Below, in pieces: positions 40,611-53,262 of a DNA stretch of 64,000 nt. The notes beneath the pieces were generated by a model. That model did no database searches. It was not told the origin of the DNA and saw nothing but the letters and a program-made list of their open reading frames with translations. The stretch is taken from NCBI GenBank assembly GCA_051294375.1, contig JBJCIZ010000744.1, forward strand, positions 1,869,252 through 1,933,251, given 5' to 3'. Origin of the DNA: Paraspadella gotoi (Eukaryota; Animalia; Chaetognatha). Position numbers and translations under genes: made by a program. How positions within the stretch are numbered: the stretch's first letter is position 1; each line of letters begins with the position of its first letter.

Positions 40611-40833
40611 GTGATTGAGGATGTGGAAAAAGATCGGCCTTGGTTTTTAAACAAGCAAATGCTATTACTAAAAACTTTTGGCAGTATGTACGAAACACTT
40701 ACAACATTACACGTTATACTCTAGATAATGCACTTGATGATGTATAGTTGTTTTAGGCGATTTTCCTGGATAAAATTCATCCACAAAGAATAATCAGTCG
40801 GCTAACCCCGCACGTAACTCATCCTGACCTTAC

Positions 40834-40915
40834 ATGTGTGCTAAGTAGCGTCTTGGAGGTGTTCACTGTTCCAGTGTTCACTGTTCAGAATCGGAGTTAA
40901 GTCCGTGGAGTAGTC
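40834..40915 (-). CDS. Possible terminal exon (DYSTDLTPILNSEHWNSEHLQDAT*)
   Basis: Minus-strand acceptor ttttaaatgcag, an open frame to TAG, then gtaagg. No homology recognised. Confidence 0.2.
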
Positions 40916-41296
40916 CTGCATTTAAAAAACTTTGTTTTTTAAAACAAAGTATCATCTTAAAAATTCTTGAGTAAAAAATGTCAGATATCCACAATCTTAG
41001 CGGAATAATTAATAAATTTTAAGTTAATTAATTAGGCAATATAATTAATTTAATTTGATCCCGAAATCGTTTGTCTTTAAGATCTTTTTTCGTTCCACTG
41101 ACCACACAAAAAGAAATGATGACGATGATAGCAACTACGACAATATTGCGGAATAATCAATTGACTTACTTTATTGATTAAATTCATTTTTTAAATAATT
41201 AATTAATTACATTAATTGATAATACAATGTTGATGATAACTTAATTAATATATAAAATGATTGATCAAATAATTAATTGATTGAATTAATTTTTAC

Positions 41297-41555
41297 CTGA
41301 ATTTTCTGGCAATCGCGTTTGCAATTTGGGTAGTCAATTTGAACAGGAACTCTCTATTAGAAAAATGTAGAATGTTTTTTTAAATCGAGATTCTCGTCTA
41401 ATTAAATCTAAGAAAGTTTTTACATTATCAATAATAATAAACTAGTCCGTTTCCAAATCAATCAATGACTAACCTTATGCCAAAAAAAATATTCTCCAGT
41501 ATGATAAAGTTAATGTTTCTCGTTCATAGAATCATTAGCGATGATATCCTAATTG
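41297..41555 (-). CDS. Two possible exons of an unidentified gene (41555-41474 and 41353-41297)
   Basis: Splice-like boundaries ttttttacag|...AAG|gttagt and ttctaatag|...CAG|gtaaaa. The second exon is 57 nt and reads EFLFKLTTQIANAIARKF. Confidence 0.3.
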
Positions 41556-41578
41556 CTGTAAAAAATTAAATACTTTAG

Positions 41579-41781
41579 TTCGGACATAACTACTACCACA
41601 TCATTATTCTTGGGAAATACTATGTCCATCAAATTTCAATTTACCATACAATATATGTAGTTAAAATCTTAGCAATTTATCTTGGAACTTCAGGATTCCC
41701 GACAAATCTTCACAAAGGAATAATAGTAGCGTCAGTGGCAGATGAAATTTACGAAGTCGTCCCACGGATTGAAATGATCGA
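41579..41781 (+). CDS. Possible exon (..VKILAIYLGTSGFPTNLHKGIIVASVADEIYEVVPRIE), orientation ambiguous
   Basis: About 67 stop-free codons in AT-rich DNA between tactttag| and |gtaaac. See the candidate inversion finding for an alternative reading. Confidence 0.25.
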
Positions 41782-44700
41782 GTAAACAAAAAAACTTTTA
41801 ACAACCAAATAATATTTAGAAAGTTACAGCAAGAGAGAGGGACAAAAGAACAATGACAGGAGAGAGTGGAGAGAGAGAGGACGCATACGACCCCCCGAGA
41901 GAGAGTATTTGACGTTTTACATTTTTCATTTTTGATTTGAGTAGAGAGTATCGCTTGTACGCAGAGAGACAGACAGAGAAAACTGTCTAAGAAGTTGAAG
42001 AGAGACTTTGAAATGAGATCAGGAAAATCGCGCTTACATACTTGCTTACTTTTACTTACTTAATTGACAATTCTTAATAATAGAATAATGTTTCGCTTCA
42101 GTAAACAATAACAACGTTCCATTCTTTACACTCGCAAAGACAAAATACAAGTATCTCTCACTTGCCAACTAAAGGTACCTATCCCTCAAAATAAAAACGA
42201 ATCACTCCTATTAACACAAGTTGACGCAAACAGGTCGGATCTGCCATCGATCATTCTCTCGGTAATTAACTTATATTCCTAATTAGATTCAAGTTAACTT
42301 AATTACTATAATTAAATAATAACTAATTTATTCTAAGTCTAATCTATTAATAATTATGGCAATTAAAATTTATTTGATCCGAAATGTTTGTTTATTCATA
42401 TAACCCTTGAAATGATTAATTTAAATTGATCTAAAAAGTGAATTATAACTGAATTAATTATTGATAGAATTCAATACATCTCTGCATTTTTAAATTCAAA
42501 CAGAATAACACATTTCGAGTCATAAACATGTGTCTTTGTTATATTTCCACCTTCGTAAACATCATTCTTCTTCTACTCAAATTCTCGTATCGCTATCGTA
42601 ATCTCCTTTTGTCATTTTTTCTCAGTTTGAACCTCACGCCATACTTTTTCTCTTATTCCCTATAATATACATTGCTTCATCCATATTTCTATGTCCAATC
42701 GTTTCCTTCTATCCAGCTTCAGTGAGTAATCTCGTTCGTGTTTTACAATAGTGTTAAATCTATTTTATCTTTTGTTCGTCTTTTCCTTCTTCTTTCCTTC
42801 TTCTTTCTTTCTTTCATTCATTTCTTTCATCCCTAACCCTTTCATTCTCAATCTTTTCACTCTTTACCTACGTTCACTTGGTACAATTTCCATCCTGAAA
42901 AATTACATTATCTCCTAGCTACATAATTTGCACCCTACTTTCATCTTCCACAACTCCACCGTACCGTACTGCACCGTCATCGATCATACTTATCTCTCTT
43001 TTACCTCACAGATTTATCGGATCCTCACACTCTAGCTGCACTTCTCTATTCTATCTCATATTTCCCGTCGCGTGTCATCGATTTCTTTGGTGGACTTCAT
43101 AAGGTTATGTTCTTGCTTTTACAATTGGTCAGTGTTGGGCAACAGTCAGTACGTCAACGAACGGACGTGCTACTATCGTACATCCTCGCTTGAATAAACG
43201 TAACTTCTCATTGTATTCCATTCGGTCCAAATTGTCGGTGAACACGATGTACGACTTACCGCATCGATATCATACGATAACACAGAATCTGAACCTATCA
43301 GAATACACGAACAAGCGAAGGATACATGATATTCGACACAGTAGACGAGACGAACGGATAGGACTCAGGACTGCGCAACCATATCATCGTGTTTTTTTGC
43401 TCATTTAACTTTTTATCTTTAATTCGATTGTGCTGCACATCACATACGATCATTCAATCTTCTTTCGACTGGCGGTTCGAAGACTGATTCGCGCGCGAGC
43501 AAGTTAATCACGTGTGCTCTGAAGTTATTCTCTCGATATTCTCACTTCGTAAAATCACCGAACTAAAATATAGATTATTGTCGTCAGTTCCCTGGCTGAA
43601 GCGAGTTCAAGTTCATCTAGTTTGCGCTTACCAAGAGATCGCCTTATTACGCGCCTTTATTTTAAGCGTCCAAATCGCGCGCAACAATAATACTATCAAA
43701 ATCCGGCAGCTTTTTTTTTCGGGTTATTTAAAGTAATTTAATCTATTATGTAAGACAAACGCGAGTCAAGAGATAGACTTAGTTACTCATTAAGAAAATG
43801 CAAGTATCTATAATTGATTATTTACTCACAAACAATTGACGAATTTTCATGGCATTGGAGGTACCTCGAAAATATTATTAAAATTTGTTTTATTTTCCTG
43901 TTACTAATTAAAGAAGAATAAAATTAAATTTATAAATCTTTGCTTATTAATTATTAAATGACGCATATAACAAAATCAACACAATTCTACCGTGACGGAC
44001 TATATTTAACATAAAATGAAAACTATTTAGCGATGTTCATGAAAAAAACTCACCTTTTGTTTTCATAAAGGAAATAATATCACAATTTGTTGACCTCGGC
44101 GTCAATTTTCGCGTCATGCATAGCCGATTAAATTCGATTATGTAAGGACCCTCTACTCCGTATGTGAACTTATGCACAAGAACCTACACCAGTGAAGTGA
44201 TAACATAGAACTCTTAGACATAAAATTGAAAGTCACTAGGAATCAATCCAGCGAGCAGCGAAAAAATTCAACTTTCTCTCTAGCGGTAGCAAAAATTGTT
44301 TAGCTCTCTCTGTCTCTTGTACATTAAATTAAAGTCGGAGTACTATCAATTACTAGTCTAGAGTCATACAAAAACTCATAGCCTGGCGACTCATGATCGA
44401 CACTCGCTATATTGTGCAGGCACAGTCATATCCGCTCGGCAAGTGTCTCCTAATCGGCGAACTCTCCATGTGGAATCTGGATTTTTTCTTCACATCACAG
44501 TTAGTTTATCGATCTTCTATCGACTATTAATATTATGTATTTGCTGGGTTTCAAAACCATAGTAGTCCATTTTGATTTTTACACTTGGCGTAACACTAAT
44601 ATATATATTATAGATAATTGTATAATAGCCTAAAATGTTGGTAATTTGTTATAATTATAATACACTTCCACATCCTCTAGTGTTTCAATTTAGTGTTAAA

Positions 44701-46436
44701 GCATCACTTGGTCATCATCAAATCAGATTATCTCTCATGGGGCCACATATATTTTTCGGAAATAATTTTGTCAAGTCAACGCTATAATCAACTTCAGCTC
44801 GAAATATAACGAAAAGGTTTTTTCTTGCCTTAAAGTACTTATCCACAGCGAACTTACGCGTGACTCTGTCGAAGCAACATTTCCAGTAACTGGATTATTG
44901 TATTTTTTAGCGAAAAAAAACAAAACCCAATCACATCCTTTCCTCTTTTCAATTCCTAATCGTTACTTAAACATGGGACTAATTGTTCAGAAGAAACCGA
45001 ACCTATAGATATGATAAAAAATACTATTTGAACATTGTTACTGGACATGAGTTGGATCGAGTAATCAATATCAACAGATGAAGTGAACAATACTTATATC
45101 TTATTCCAATCAAAGACCCGACATCAGAAATGCACACAAACCCTTAAGCCGCATTCGATCAAGAATGGGGCAGAAAGATCATGGGCGCCGATTGCTTCCG
45201 ATTGCCGTGCCGACGAATTGCGCTGGATATTGCGCGACTGATTGTGCCCTCTTAAGCGCCAATACGCGCAGCAATGCTCCCTAATAATTAACCGCTTGTT
45301 ACTGATCTAGCTTCAATACTGAGCAGTGCCAGCACTGCTGCTGTGGCCTTGCTATCCACGGCAGGTGGGGTCGCCTCTTGTTAGATTGCATTGGTAGGTC
45401 TCACTTGGTTTTTCTCCTAATAGTTTCATTTAGTTAAATGTCCGTTAGTACGATGTTGATTTTGTAAAGCATAATAATAAAAAAAAATAAATAGAATAAA
45501 AAATAATGTTTTGTACCCTATATTTATGTTTTAAGCATCCTGAATCCTCAAATAAAATAAAACTTTAAACCAAAAAAAAAGCGCCGCGATTGAAGTTAAT
45601 TTGCGCCGATTGGCGCTTAAAAAGAGCGCGAAAAGGCGCCTGGAAGCCAGTGAGACGCTCAGTCGGGCAAAGATTCATTAGCGCCGTTTTACGATAAAAA
45701 AATAATTCAGAGCAACGAACCGCAAATCTGGGGAGAGGAAGCTGATGATGATGATGAAAGAAAAAGACGAATTTGATTGACAAGAAACGATGAAAATTAA
45801 CGTTGATGATGACAAGGAAGAAAAGAGCGAAGACAACATGACGACAATTTGGACGATGATGACAATACGAAGTTTAGCGTTTATTCAAACGAGGATGACA
45901 AAGTTAGATGACGATGACATGACATGACATGAAAAGACATCCTTGACGTCACAAAAGAACGATGACGCGACGGAAAATGAGAAAATGAGAAGCAGCTGAG
46001 GTGAGACCGATAATCGAGGGTAAAGAGAAAGAAGAACGAGACGGACGCGTGGATTGGGAAAGAAAGGGCAATCTGACAATTTAGAGACAAGGAATTGAAA
46101 AGTGAAGATTGGAAAAGAAAAAGGAAGGAGAAAGAAAAGAAGGAAAGGAAAGAAAAGAAAGAAAGGAAAGAAAGAAGGAAAGCAAGGAAAGAAAGAAAGA
46201 AAGAAGAAAAGAAGGAAGAAGGAAAGCAAGAAAGAAAAAAGAAGCCAAAGAAAGAAAGAAGAAAAAACAAGAAAGAGAAAAGGAAGCAAAGAAGAAAAGA
46301 CAGAAAGAAAGACAATCACGGGAGCACTTTTGACTTTTAGAAAGAAATTCGCTGGCGAAAAAAAATGAATGAGTCGACGAACGATAGATAATCATTAATC
46401 AGTCTGTCATAAAAAGCGAGATACGGAGATGGAACT

Positions 46437-46521
<85 letters not shown>

Positions 46522-47025
46522 GGCCCTCGGATTGTAATACAATCGGAGTCCGAGTTCAGATTATAAATCGGAAAGAAAATAAAAAAAATTAAGTTAAAAG
46601 GAAATATTATGGTTAATATATAACGTAATTTGCGACGTTTTATGGACTATCTTAAGTAAAAGAGATATGTAAACTTACAATGAAACATTAACTGCCAGGA
46701 AGAATGGTGGAACGGAGCCAATTCATAACTGAGATTAATTTTTATCAGAAATGTATCAAAACCAAACTTAGTCTACTTAAATTTATAATACTTTTAATTT
46801 ATTTTTCACCTCTCTCTCTGACAATCTCCTTGGTTTTCTATAAGATGAGTCACAACTTTGTTTTCATTTTAAAAGAAAAATGAAGTTAAGAGAAACAAGA
46901 AGAAAAAAAACAAAACGTTACGGAACAATACAAGATCAACGAACGAAGACAACTCCATAAAGAAAAACACTGGAAACGAAACGATAAAAAAAAAAAAAAG
47001 AAAAACGAGGAATGGGGAGAGGAGG

Positions 47026-47087
<62 letters not shown>

Positions 47088-47689
47088 AGATAAAACGTTC
47101 TGATGGAGCGCCCCCTATTTTTTCTCTTCCTTCATCTCCTAATTTCATAATCTAACGAATTCTTGAGAGTTGAGAGAGGAAAGAGAGAGAGAGAGAGAGA
47201 GACGAGAGAGAGATGAGGAGAGAGAAGAGAGAGAGAAAGAGGGAAGAATAAAAAGGAAAGAGAGAGATAAAGAGAGAGAGAGAGGAAAGAAAAAAAAAAA
47301 GAATGTTAAAAGAAAACAAAAGAGGAAGAGAAAAGAAAAGGAAAAGAAAAAGAATAAAAAAGAAAAAGAAACAAAAAACAGAAGAGAAAAAGAAAACAAA
47401 AGATAAAAGAATAAAACAGAAAGGGAAGAACTTCTCCCGGAAATAAAAACAATCACAATGAATCTATTGTTCAATAAGTTCGCGCGATTCCCAATTTTTT
47501 TCTTTTTTTCTTTTCAGTCTTTTCCTTCTTTTGAACATAGACAGACAGACGGACCAAAAACTCGCGGTGCAATAGACAGTGAAAACTATGAGACGGCTTC
47601 CTTCTCTTCTCTCCTCACCCTTTTCTTATCTCGGTTATTATTTATCTTCTTTGTCTTTTATTGTCTTTTCTTTTCTTTCTTGTCTGTCT

Positions 47690-48130
47690 TCTTGTTGTCT
47701 TGTCTTGTCTTGTCTCTGTCTTCTTGTTGTCTTGTCTTGTTTGTCTTGTCTTGTCTTGTCTTGTCTTGTCTTGTCTTTCTTTACTTTTCTTCTTTTCTTG
47801 CCTTGTCTGTCTTGTTCTTGTCTTTTTATTTTAGTCCTTTCTTCGCTTCTTGTCTTGTCTGTCTTGTCTTGTTTTTGCTTGTCTTGTTTTGTTTGTCTTG
47901 TCTTGTCTTGTCTCTTGTCTTTTCTTGTCTTGTTCTGTCTTGTCTTGTCTTGTCTTGTCTTGTCTGTTTGTCTTGTCTTTTTCTATTTTAGTCCTTCTTC
48001 AGCTTTTTTTATATTACTGTTTTTCTTCGCTTGTCTTGTCTTGTCTTGTCTTGTTTGTCTTGTCTTGTCTTGTCTGTCTTGTCTTGTTCTGTCTGTCTTG
48101 CCTTCCTTGTCTTGTCTTGTCTTGTCTTTT
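47690..48130. repeat. (TCTTG)n pentanucleotide satellite; copy at about 59255-59545
   Basis: Directly visible. It gives the CLVLS pseudo-ORFs. Confidence 0.95.
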
Positions 48131-48983
48131 TTATCTTAGTTCTTTCTTCAGCTTTTTTTTTATTACTGTTTTTCTCGGTCGAGAAGGAAAAAAAAATCTT
48201 CTTCCCATAAATTTTTTTCGCAAAATTTTTTATTGTTTTGAGGTCATTTTTAGTCTGTTAGTAAAATTCTTTATCCTTACGACTTATTGCGCCCTTGAGG
48301 GGAGTCCATTGATGTGTCGTTGTTGTTGTCGTCGTCGTCTCGTCGTCTCGTTTAACACGTTAATTTTTAGCTTTGGTTTATTTTTGGCGATATAAGTATT
48401 TCTTTTTAACAGATTCTCAACGTGTTATATTCATCACCTATAAATTTCTGGATCTTTTCTCAGGATTTCAAACTTTCATCTTTGACGTGACATGACATTG
48501 TTTTCGTTCTCGAGTTAGGTGTTGAAACTCTTTTTCCCTTTCATCGTGTTCCAACATTTCACTTACTTTCACGCCTCACGCAACGGTCAGTTGGGCGGCT
48601 CACTCTTCTAATCAGGTGACCAATGAATCCAGATTTCCTATTGCAATTTTCAACTTTCTAAGCATTATTCAACCAATGTCTTAATCCCTTTAACCTTTCC
48701 TACTTCCGCTTCTTGACTTCCTCTGCTCTCTCTTCTCTCTCTTTCTGCTCTCTCTCTCTCTCTCTCTCTCTCTACCTAAACGCCTTGGAGAACTATTAAA
48801 ATAAAGAAGGGAGAGTCCAAATGATTTTTTGTCGTATCGTCGTCTCGCGTTCACAGTCTTTGTAACTAAGTGGTCCATTTTATCTCGCCGGTCGTTCGTC
48901 AGTCTGTGCATCATAATTCGTCGTCGTCGTCGTCGTCTTTTCAGTCAACATCTTTCAAACGTTGACGTTTTCTGTTAAGGTAG

Positions 48984-49021
<38 letters not shown>

Positions 49022-49532
49022 TTAATTGCCGACGTTTCCTTTGATCGATGTCGTTATTTTTAGCCGCAACGACGACGACGACGACGACGAGAATGACGAC
49101 GAAAAGGACCACTTAAATGACGACGATGATAACGACGACAAAATGACGACGTGATGATGACGAAGACGATAAAACGAGATGACCAAATGACCACGACAAA
49201 GATGATAATTACAATGATTAGGACAATGACGAAAAAGATGTCAACAACAAAGTCATCGTCGATGACGAACGTGACGATGATGACAAAGACAAAGACAAAA
49301 ATGACAAAGACGAAGTTAAAAACGAGAATGACAATGCTGACAGTGACGACAACGTCGATAACAACGACGACGACGACAAGGCAAATGACGATCAATGATG
49401 GCGAGGAAGATGGCGACACCGAATGACGACGATGACGAAGAAAACGACGACGAAAACGACGATCAATGATGGGGAAGACGATGATGAAAACGACGACTAA
49501 TGATGGCGACGACGACGACGACGACGACGACC
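48984..49532. repeat. Degenerate (GTC)n then (GAC/GAT)n trinucleotide region; copy at about 60550-61105
   Basis: Directly visible low-complexity triplets. Confidence 0.85.
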
Positions 49533-49631
49533 AATGATGGGGGACAATCTATAGGGTTACGAGTCTCGCGTACGATGAGTCGACGACCCTTTCTCGCTCA
49601 TCGTCACCAGAAGCCTGAAGATCGATCAGAG

Positions 49632-49667
<36 letters not shown>

Positions 49668-50447
49668 AGAGCAGGATGGTCATTCGCTTTCCTCCTTTGT
49701 TGTCGAGTCTCGTTTCATTGCGGTCGTCAAGAAATTTCATTTCGTCGAATTACATCCGGGTTTTAGGAGAATTCCGGATGTCGGGAGGAAAGATGGGGGA
49801 TTAGAAATAGAGGAGAGAGAGTCTGGGAAGTGGGGAAAGAGAAGAGAAGTCTCTCTCTCTCTCTTTCTCTTTCTCTCTTTCTCTCGCTCTCTTTTCTCTA
49901 TTTTTCTCTTTTTCTATCTATCTCTATTTCTTTCTCTAATTTTCTCTTTTTCTCTTTTTCTATCTATCTTTTTCTTCCTCTCTCTGCCTTTCTCCCTTTC
50001 TCTGTCTCTCTTTTTCTCTCTGTTCTCTTTCTCTCTTTTTCTTTGACTCAGCTGTGTATCCGCGACCTCAACTGAGCGAGGAAAATAAAAAACGAGGGAA
50101 AAAACAAAAAGAAAACAAATAGAATGAATGAATAAAAAAATATTTATAAAAATGAAATAAAGAAGAGGAAATAAAACTAAAAAAAAAAATAAAAAGAAAG
50201 AAAGAAAGGAAGATTATAAAGTAAATATAAAAGCCAGGCTAACTTTTCTTACTAATTTAATTATTACAATTTTACAATCCCTTCATCGATCCCAATACGT
50301 CGTGCGTTCCGTCGTCGTTCGATCTTCGTCGTCGTCGTGTATCGTCGCCCACGAAAAGTTCAAACTTTCTCTCAATTTTACTTAAGGAGGAGAAAAATCA
50401 AAAGTTAATCTTTTACAAGACTTCAAATAGAAAAGCAAGAGATGGAC

Positions 50448-50487
<40 letters not shown>

Positions 50488-50546
50488 GAGAGATAGGAGA
50501 GAGAGAGAGAGAGAGAGAAGAGAGGAGAGATTATGGCCGAGAAGGG

Positions 50547-50852
50547 ATGGTCCGTCCGTCGTCCCTTTCTTCAAAGAGATGGTCCGAGTTCTCGTTTCGT
50601 CTATCGCCCGCGACCCAAAAATCCTTCACAATTTGTTTTCGAGTTCTCTGTAGAACATTGAAAAAACCTCGTCGAATACGTCACTCCACCGATCACAGCC
50701 TCACTTTCATAGATGCACTTGAGTCTCTTCTGAAGATACATACCGCTATCACCGGCCTCAGCTCAGTCACCGACTCACTGATCCACTCCACTCTTTCTTC
50801 TCGCAACAAAGAAGAAGATGAAGAACATCGACTAATTTATTGTACTAAATAG
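50547..50852 (+). CDS. Non-repetitive part (about 100 codons) of ORF 50442-50852, unknown
   Basis: Stop-free complex sequence (MVRPSSLSSKRWSEFSFRLSP..). There is no homology or splice support, so it may be chance. Confidence 0.15.
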   Translation: MVRPSSLSSKRWSEFSFRLSPATQKSFTICFRVLCRTLKKPRRIRHSTDHSLTFIDALESLLKIHTAITGLSSVTDSLIHSTLSSRNKEEDEEHRLIYCTK

Positions 50853-51328
50853 AATCATATAAACTTTATGTGCAATCTTTGATAAAATGCCTTTTTGATA
50901 TATTATCAAATACAATAGAAAAACTAAAGCATATCGATGATTCGTATAGAGAGAGTGTGAAATGTGAAAAAAGTTACGGGATCTATGCTGTAAACATTGA
51001 AATGTAAAACTATGTATATAGTTAGTCACACATTTAAATTTTATTTCTAATTTTTTTACAGTTTCTTTAAATTCTGTAAAGCTCATTAACCCAATTGCAT
51101 TGTTACTGTTGTTAAACTTTCACATTTTGAAGCAAAATAAATCAAATCAAAAATGAATATCCTTCTCTTGCTTCTCTCTCTTTCTCTCTCTCTTTCTCTC
51201 CTCTCTCTTGCTCTCTTCTTCTCTCTATCCTCTCCTCTCTCTCTACTCTATCTCTGTCTCTTCTCTTTCTCCTCAGCGTCATCGGGATAAAGAGGAATTT
51301 CTCTTTTCCTTCTGCTTTGTCTTCTTCC

Positions 51329-52260
51329 TTTGCTGACATTTTTCATTTTTCCTTTTTGCTGACATTTCCCTTTTCCTCTTGCTGACATTTCCCTTTTTCC
51401 GTCTGCTGACATTTCCCTTTTTCCTCTGCTGACATTTCCCCCTTTTCTTTTCTGACATTTCCCTTTTTCCTTCTGCTGACATTTCTTCTTCCTTTGCCTG
51501 ACATTTCTCCTTTTCCTTTTGCTGACATTTCTCTTTTCACTTTGCTGACATTTCCCTTTTTCCTTTGCTGACATTTCCCTTTTTTTCTTTGCTGATTATC
51601 TCTTTTTCATTTTCTGCATTTCCTTTTTCTTTTGCTTGACATTCTCCTTTTTTCCTTTGCTGACATTTCCTCTTTTTCTTTGCTGACAGGTTTCCCTTTT
51701 CCCTTTGCTGACATGTTTCCGCCTATTTCCTTTGCTGACATTTCCCTTTTTCCTTTGCTACATTTCCCCTTTTCTTTTGCTGACATTTACCTTTTCCTTT
51801 TGCTGACATTTCCCCTTTTTTTGTTTGCTGACATTTCTCCTTTTTCCTTTGTTGACATTTCCTTTTCCTTTGCTGAACATTTCCCTTTTTCCTTTGGTTA
51901 ACATTTCCCTTTTTTCCTTTGCTGACATTCTCTTTTTTCCTTTTGCTAACATTTCCCTTTTACCTTTATGCTGACATTTTCTCTTTTTTCCTTTGCTGAC
52001 TTTTTTCCTTTTTCTTTTGCTGACATTTCCCTTTTCCTTTGCTGGACATTTCTCTTTTCCTTTGTTAACATTTCCCTTTTTCTTGCTGACATTTCTCTTT
52101 TTCTGCTAACATTTCCTTTTGCCTTTGCTGACATTTTCTCTTTTTCCTTGCTGACTTTTTCCTTTTTTCCTTTTGCTGACATTTCCCCTTTTCCTTTGCT
52201 GACATTTCTCTTTTTCCTTTGCTGACATTTCCCTTTTTCCTTTGCTGACATTTCCCTTTT
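51329..52260. repeat. 23-bp satellite (gctgacatttccctttttccttt), about 40 copies
   Basis: gctgac cores at 52198, 52221 and 52244 show the 23-nt spacing. Confidence 0.95.
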
Positions 52261-52669
52261 CTTTTTTTCCTTTTTTCCCTTTTCTCATTTTCCCAGTTTA
52301 AAACTTTTCTCCTTTTTTTCTTTATTTAACGTTTTTCTTCTAAAACTTTTTTCCATTTTCTTTTGGCAATTAGTCATTTGTCGATAGTTTTAAATTTCGT
52401 GCCTAATTAACTTTTTTTTGAAAATAATGCAGTAGTATAAGTACAAGCATAGTATGAGTATAATCTATTAATTAAGCAACAACGACGACGACCACAACGA
52501 CGACGACTAAGACGACATTAGCAGTGTATTACGTTCATGGATCTGGGAGGCTTCTCTCGGATTATCGTCATGAATGAATGCTGATTAAGAAAAATTAAAA
52601 AAAACTCAGAATTCGTGAAAAGATCAGCGCTGACATCAAGAAAAAAAAAAAGAAAATTAAATTCTGAGC

Positions 52670-52790
52670 AGACAGAAAAAAAAGAAGGTCTGCGGGCGGC
52701 GGCACGGCGGCATGGTGGCGCGGGGCCAAGGAGCAGAATGCTGGCGGGCTGCGGCGTGTCCTGCCGCTGCTGACAGAGTATCGTAACCAG
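52670..52790 (+). CDS. Possible exon (KKKSAGGGSGGGGAGKEQKRGLRRVLPLLTEYRNQ)
   Basis: GC-rich island ending at CAG|gtggat. The consensus was taken with the inverted copy at about 62075-62195. No family recognised. Confidence 0.25.
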
Positions 52791-53205
52791 GTGGATTTTT
52801 AAAACTCTCTTTTAAAATAATGACGAGTGTGAACGCAGCAGAGAGAGAGAGAGAGAGGAGAGAGAGAGATTAGAGAGAGAGAGATGAGAGAGAGACAAGA
52901 GAGAAGAGAGAAGAGAGAGGAGAGAGAGCGGCGAGGGAAAATTATTTTAAGAAAACAAAAAAAAAGTAGAATTATATCGAAAAATATTATCTGAAAAAAA
53001 AATTAGGGAACGCTCTTAAGAGAAAAGGTTTGAGCAAACAAAGGGCAGATAGGAAGAGAAAGATAAGTAGAAAGAGAGGTAGGACTGAAGGGAGAGAAGA
53101 AAATGAGAAGAAAGAGAAAGCGGGAATAACGAAAAGAAGAGAAGAGAAGATGAGAGAGAGAAAAGATAGAGAGAAAAGAGAGAGAGAGAGAGAGAGGAGA
53201 GAGAC

Positions 53206-53262
<57 letters not shown>

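Larger units (their letters stand above)
45145..50042 (+). other. Redundant copy matching about 56490-61622 (and 37692-39328 in part)
   Basis: Shared unique anchors such as gggagcacttttgacttttagaaagaaattcgctggcg near 37895, 46320 and 57770. Confidence 0.9.

Noticed and set aside
40379-40654. 91-aa charged minus-strand ORF
   Set aside because: It is the antisense mirror of a hydrophobic + exon that has the splice sites. It is not fully excluded.
41690-41780. Lipase-3-like motif IISIRGTTS on the minus strand
   Set aside because: It is followed by three in-frame stops, and the opposite strand is open.
43500-44050. Diverged copy of a dispersed transposon matching 36100-36480
   Set aside because: The similarity extends colinearly over the whole fold-back, and there are no TIRs, TSD or transposase.
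43830-44117. Two phase-compatible minus-strand exons (MTRKLTPRS..KTK-GTSNAMKIRQLF)
   Set aside because: They fall inside the garbled fold-back copy of 45150-46250, so the splice signals are probably chance.
45143-45151. piggyBac-like TTAA boundary
   Set aside because: There is no matching TIR or second end, and it coincides with the end of the garbled read segment.
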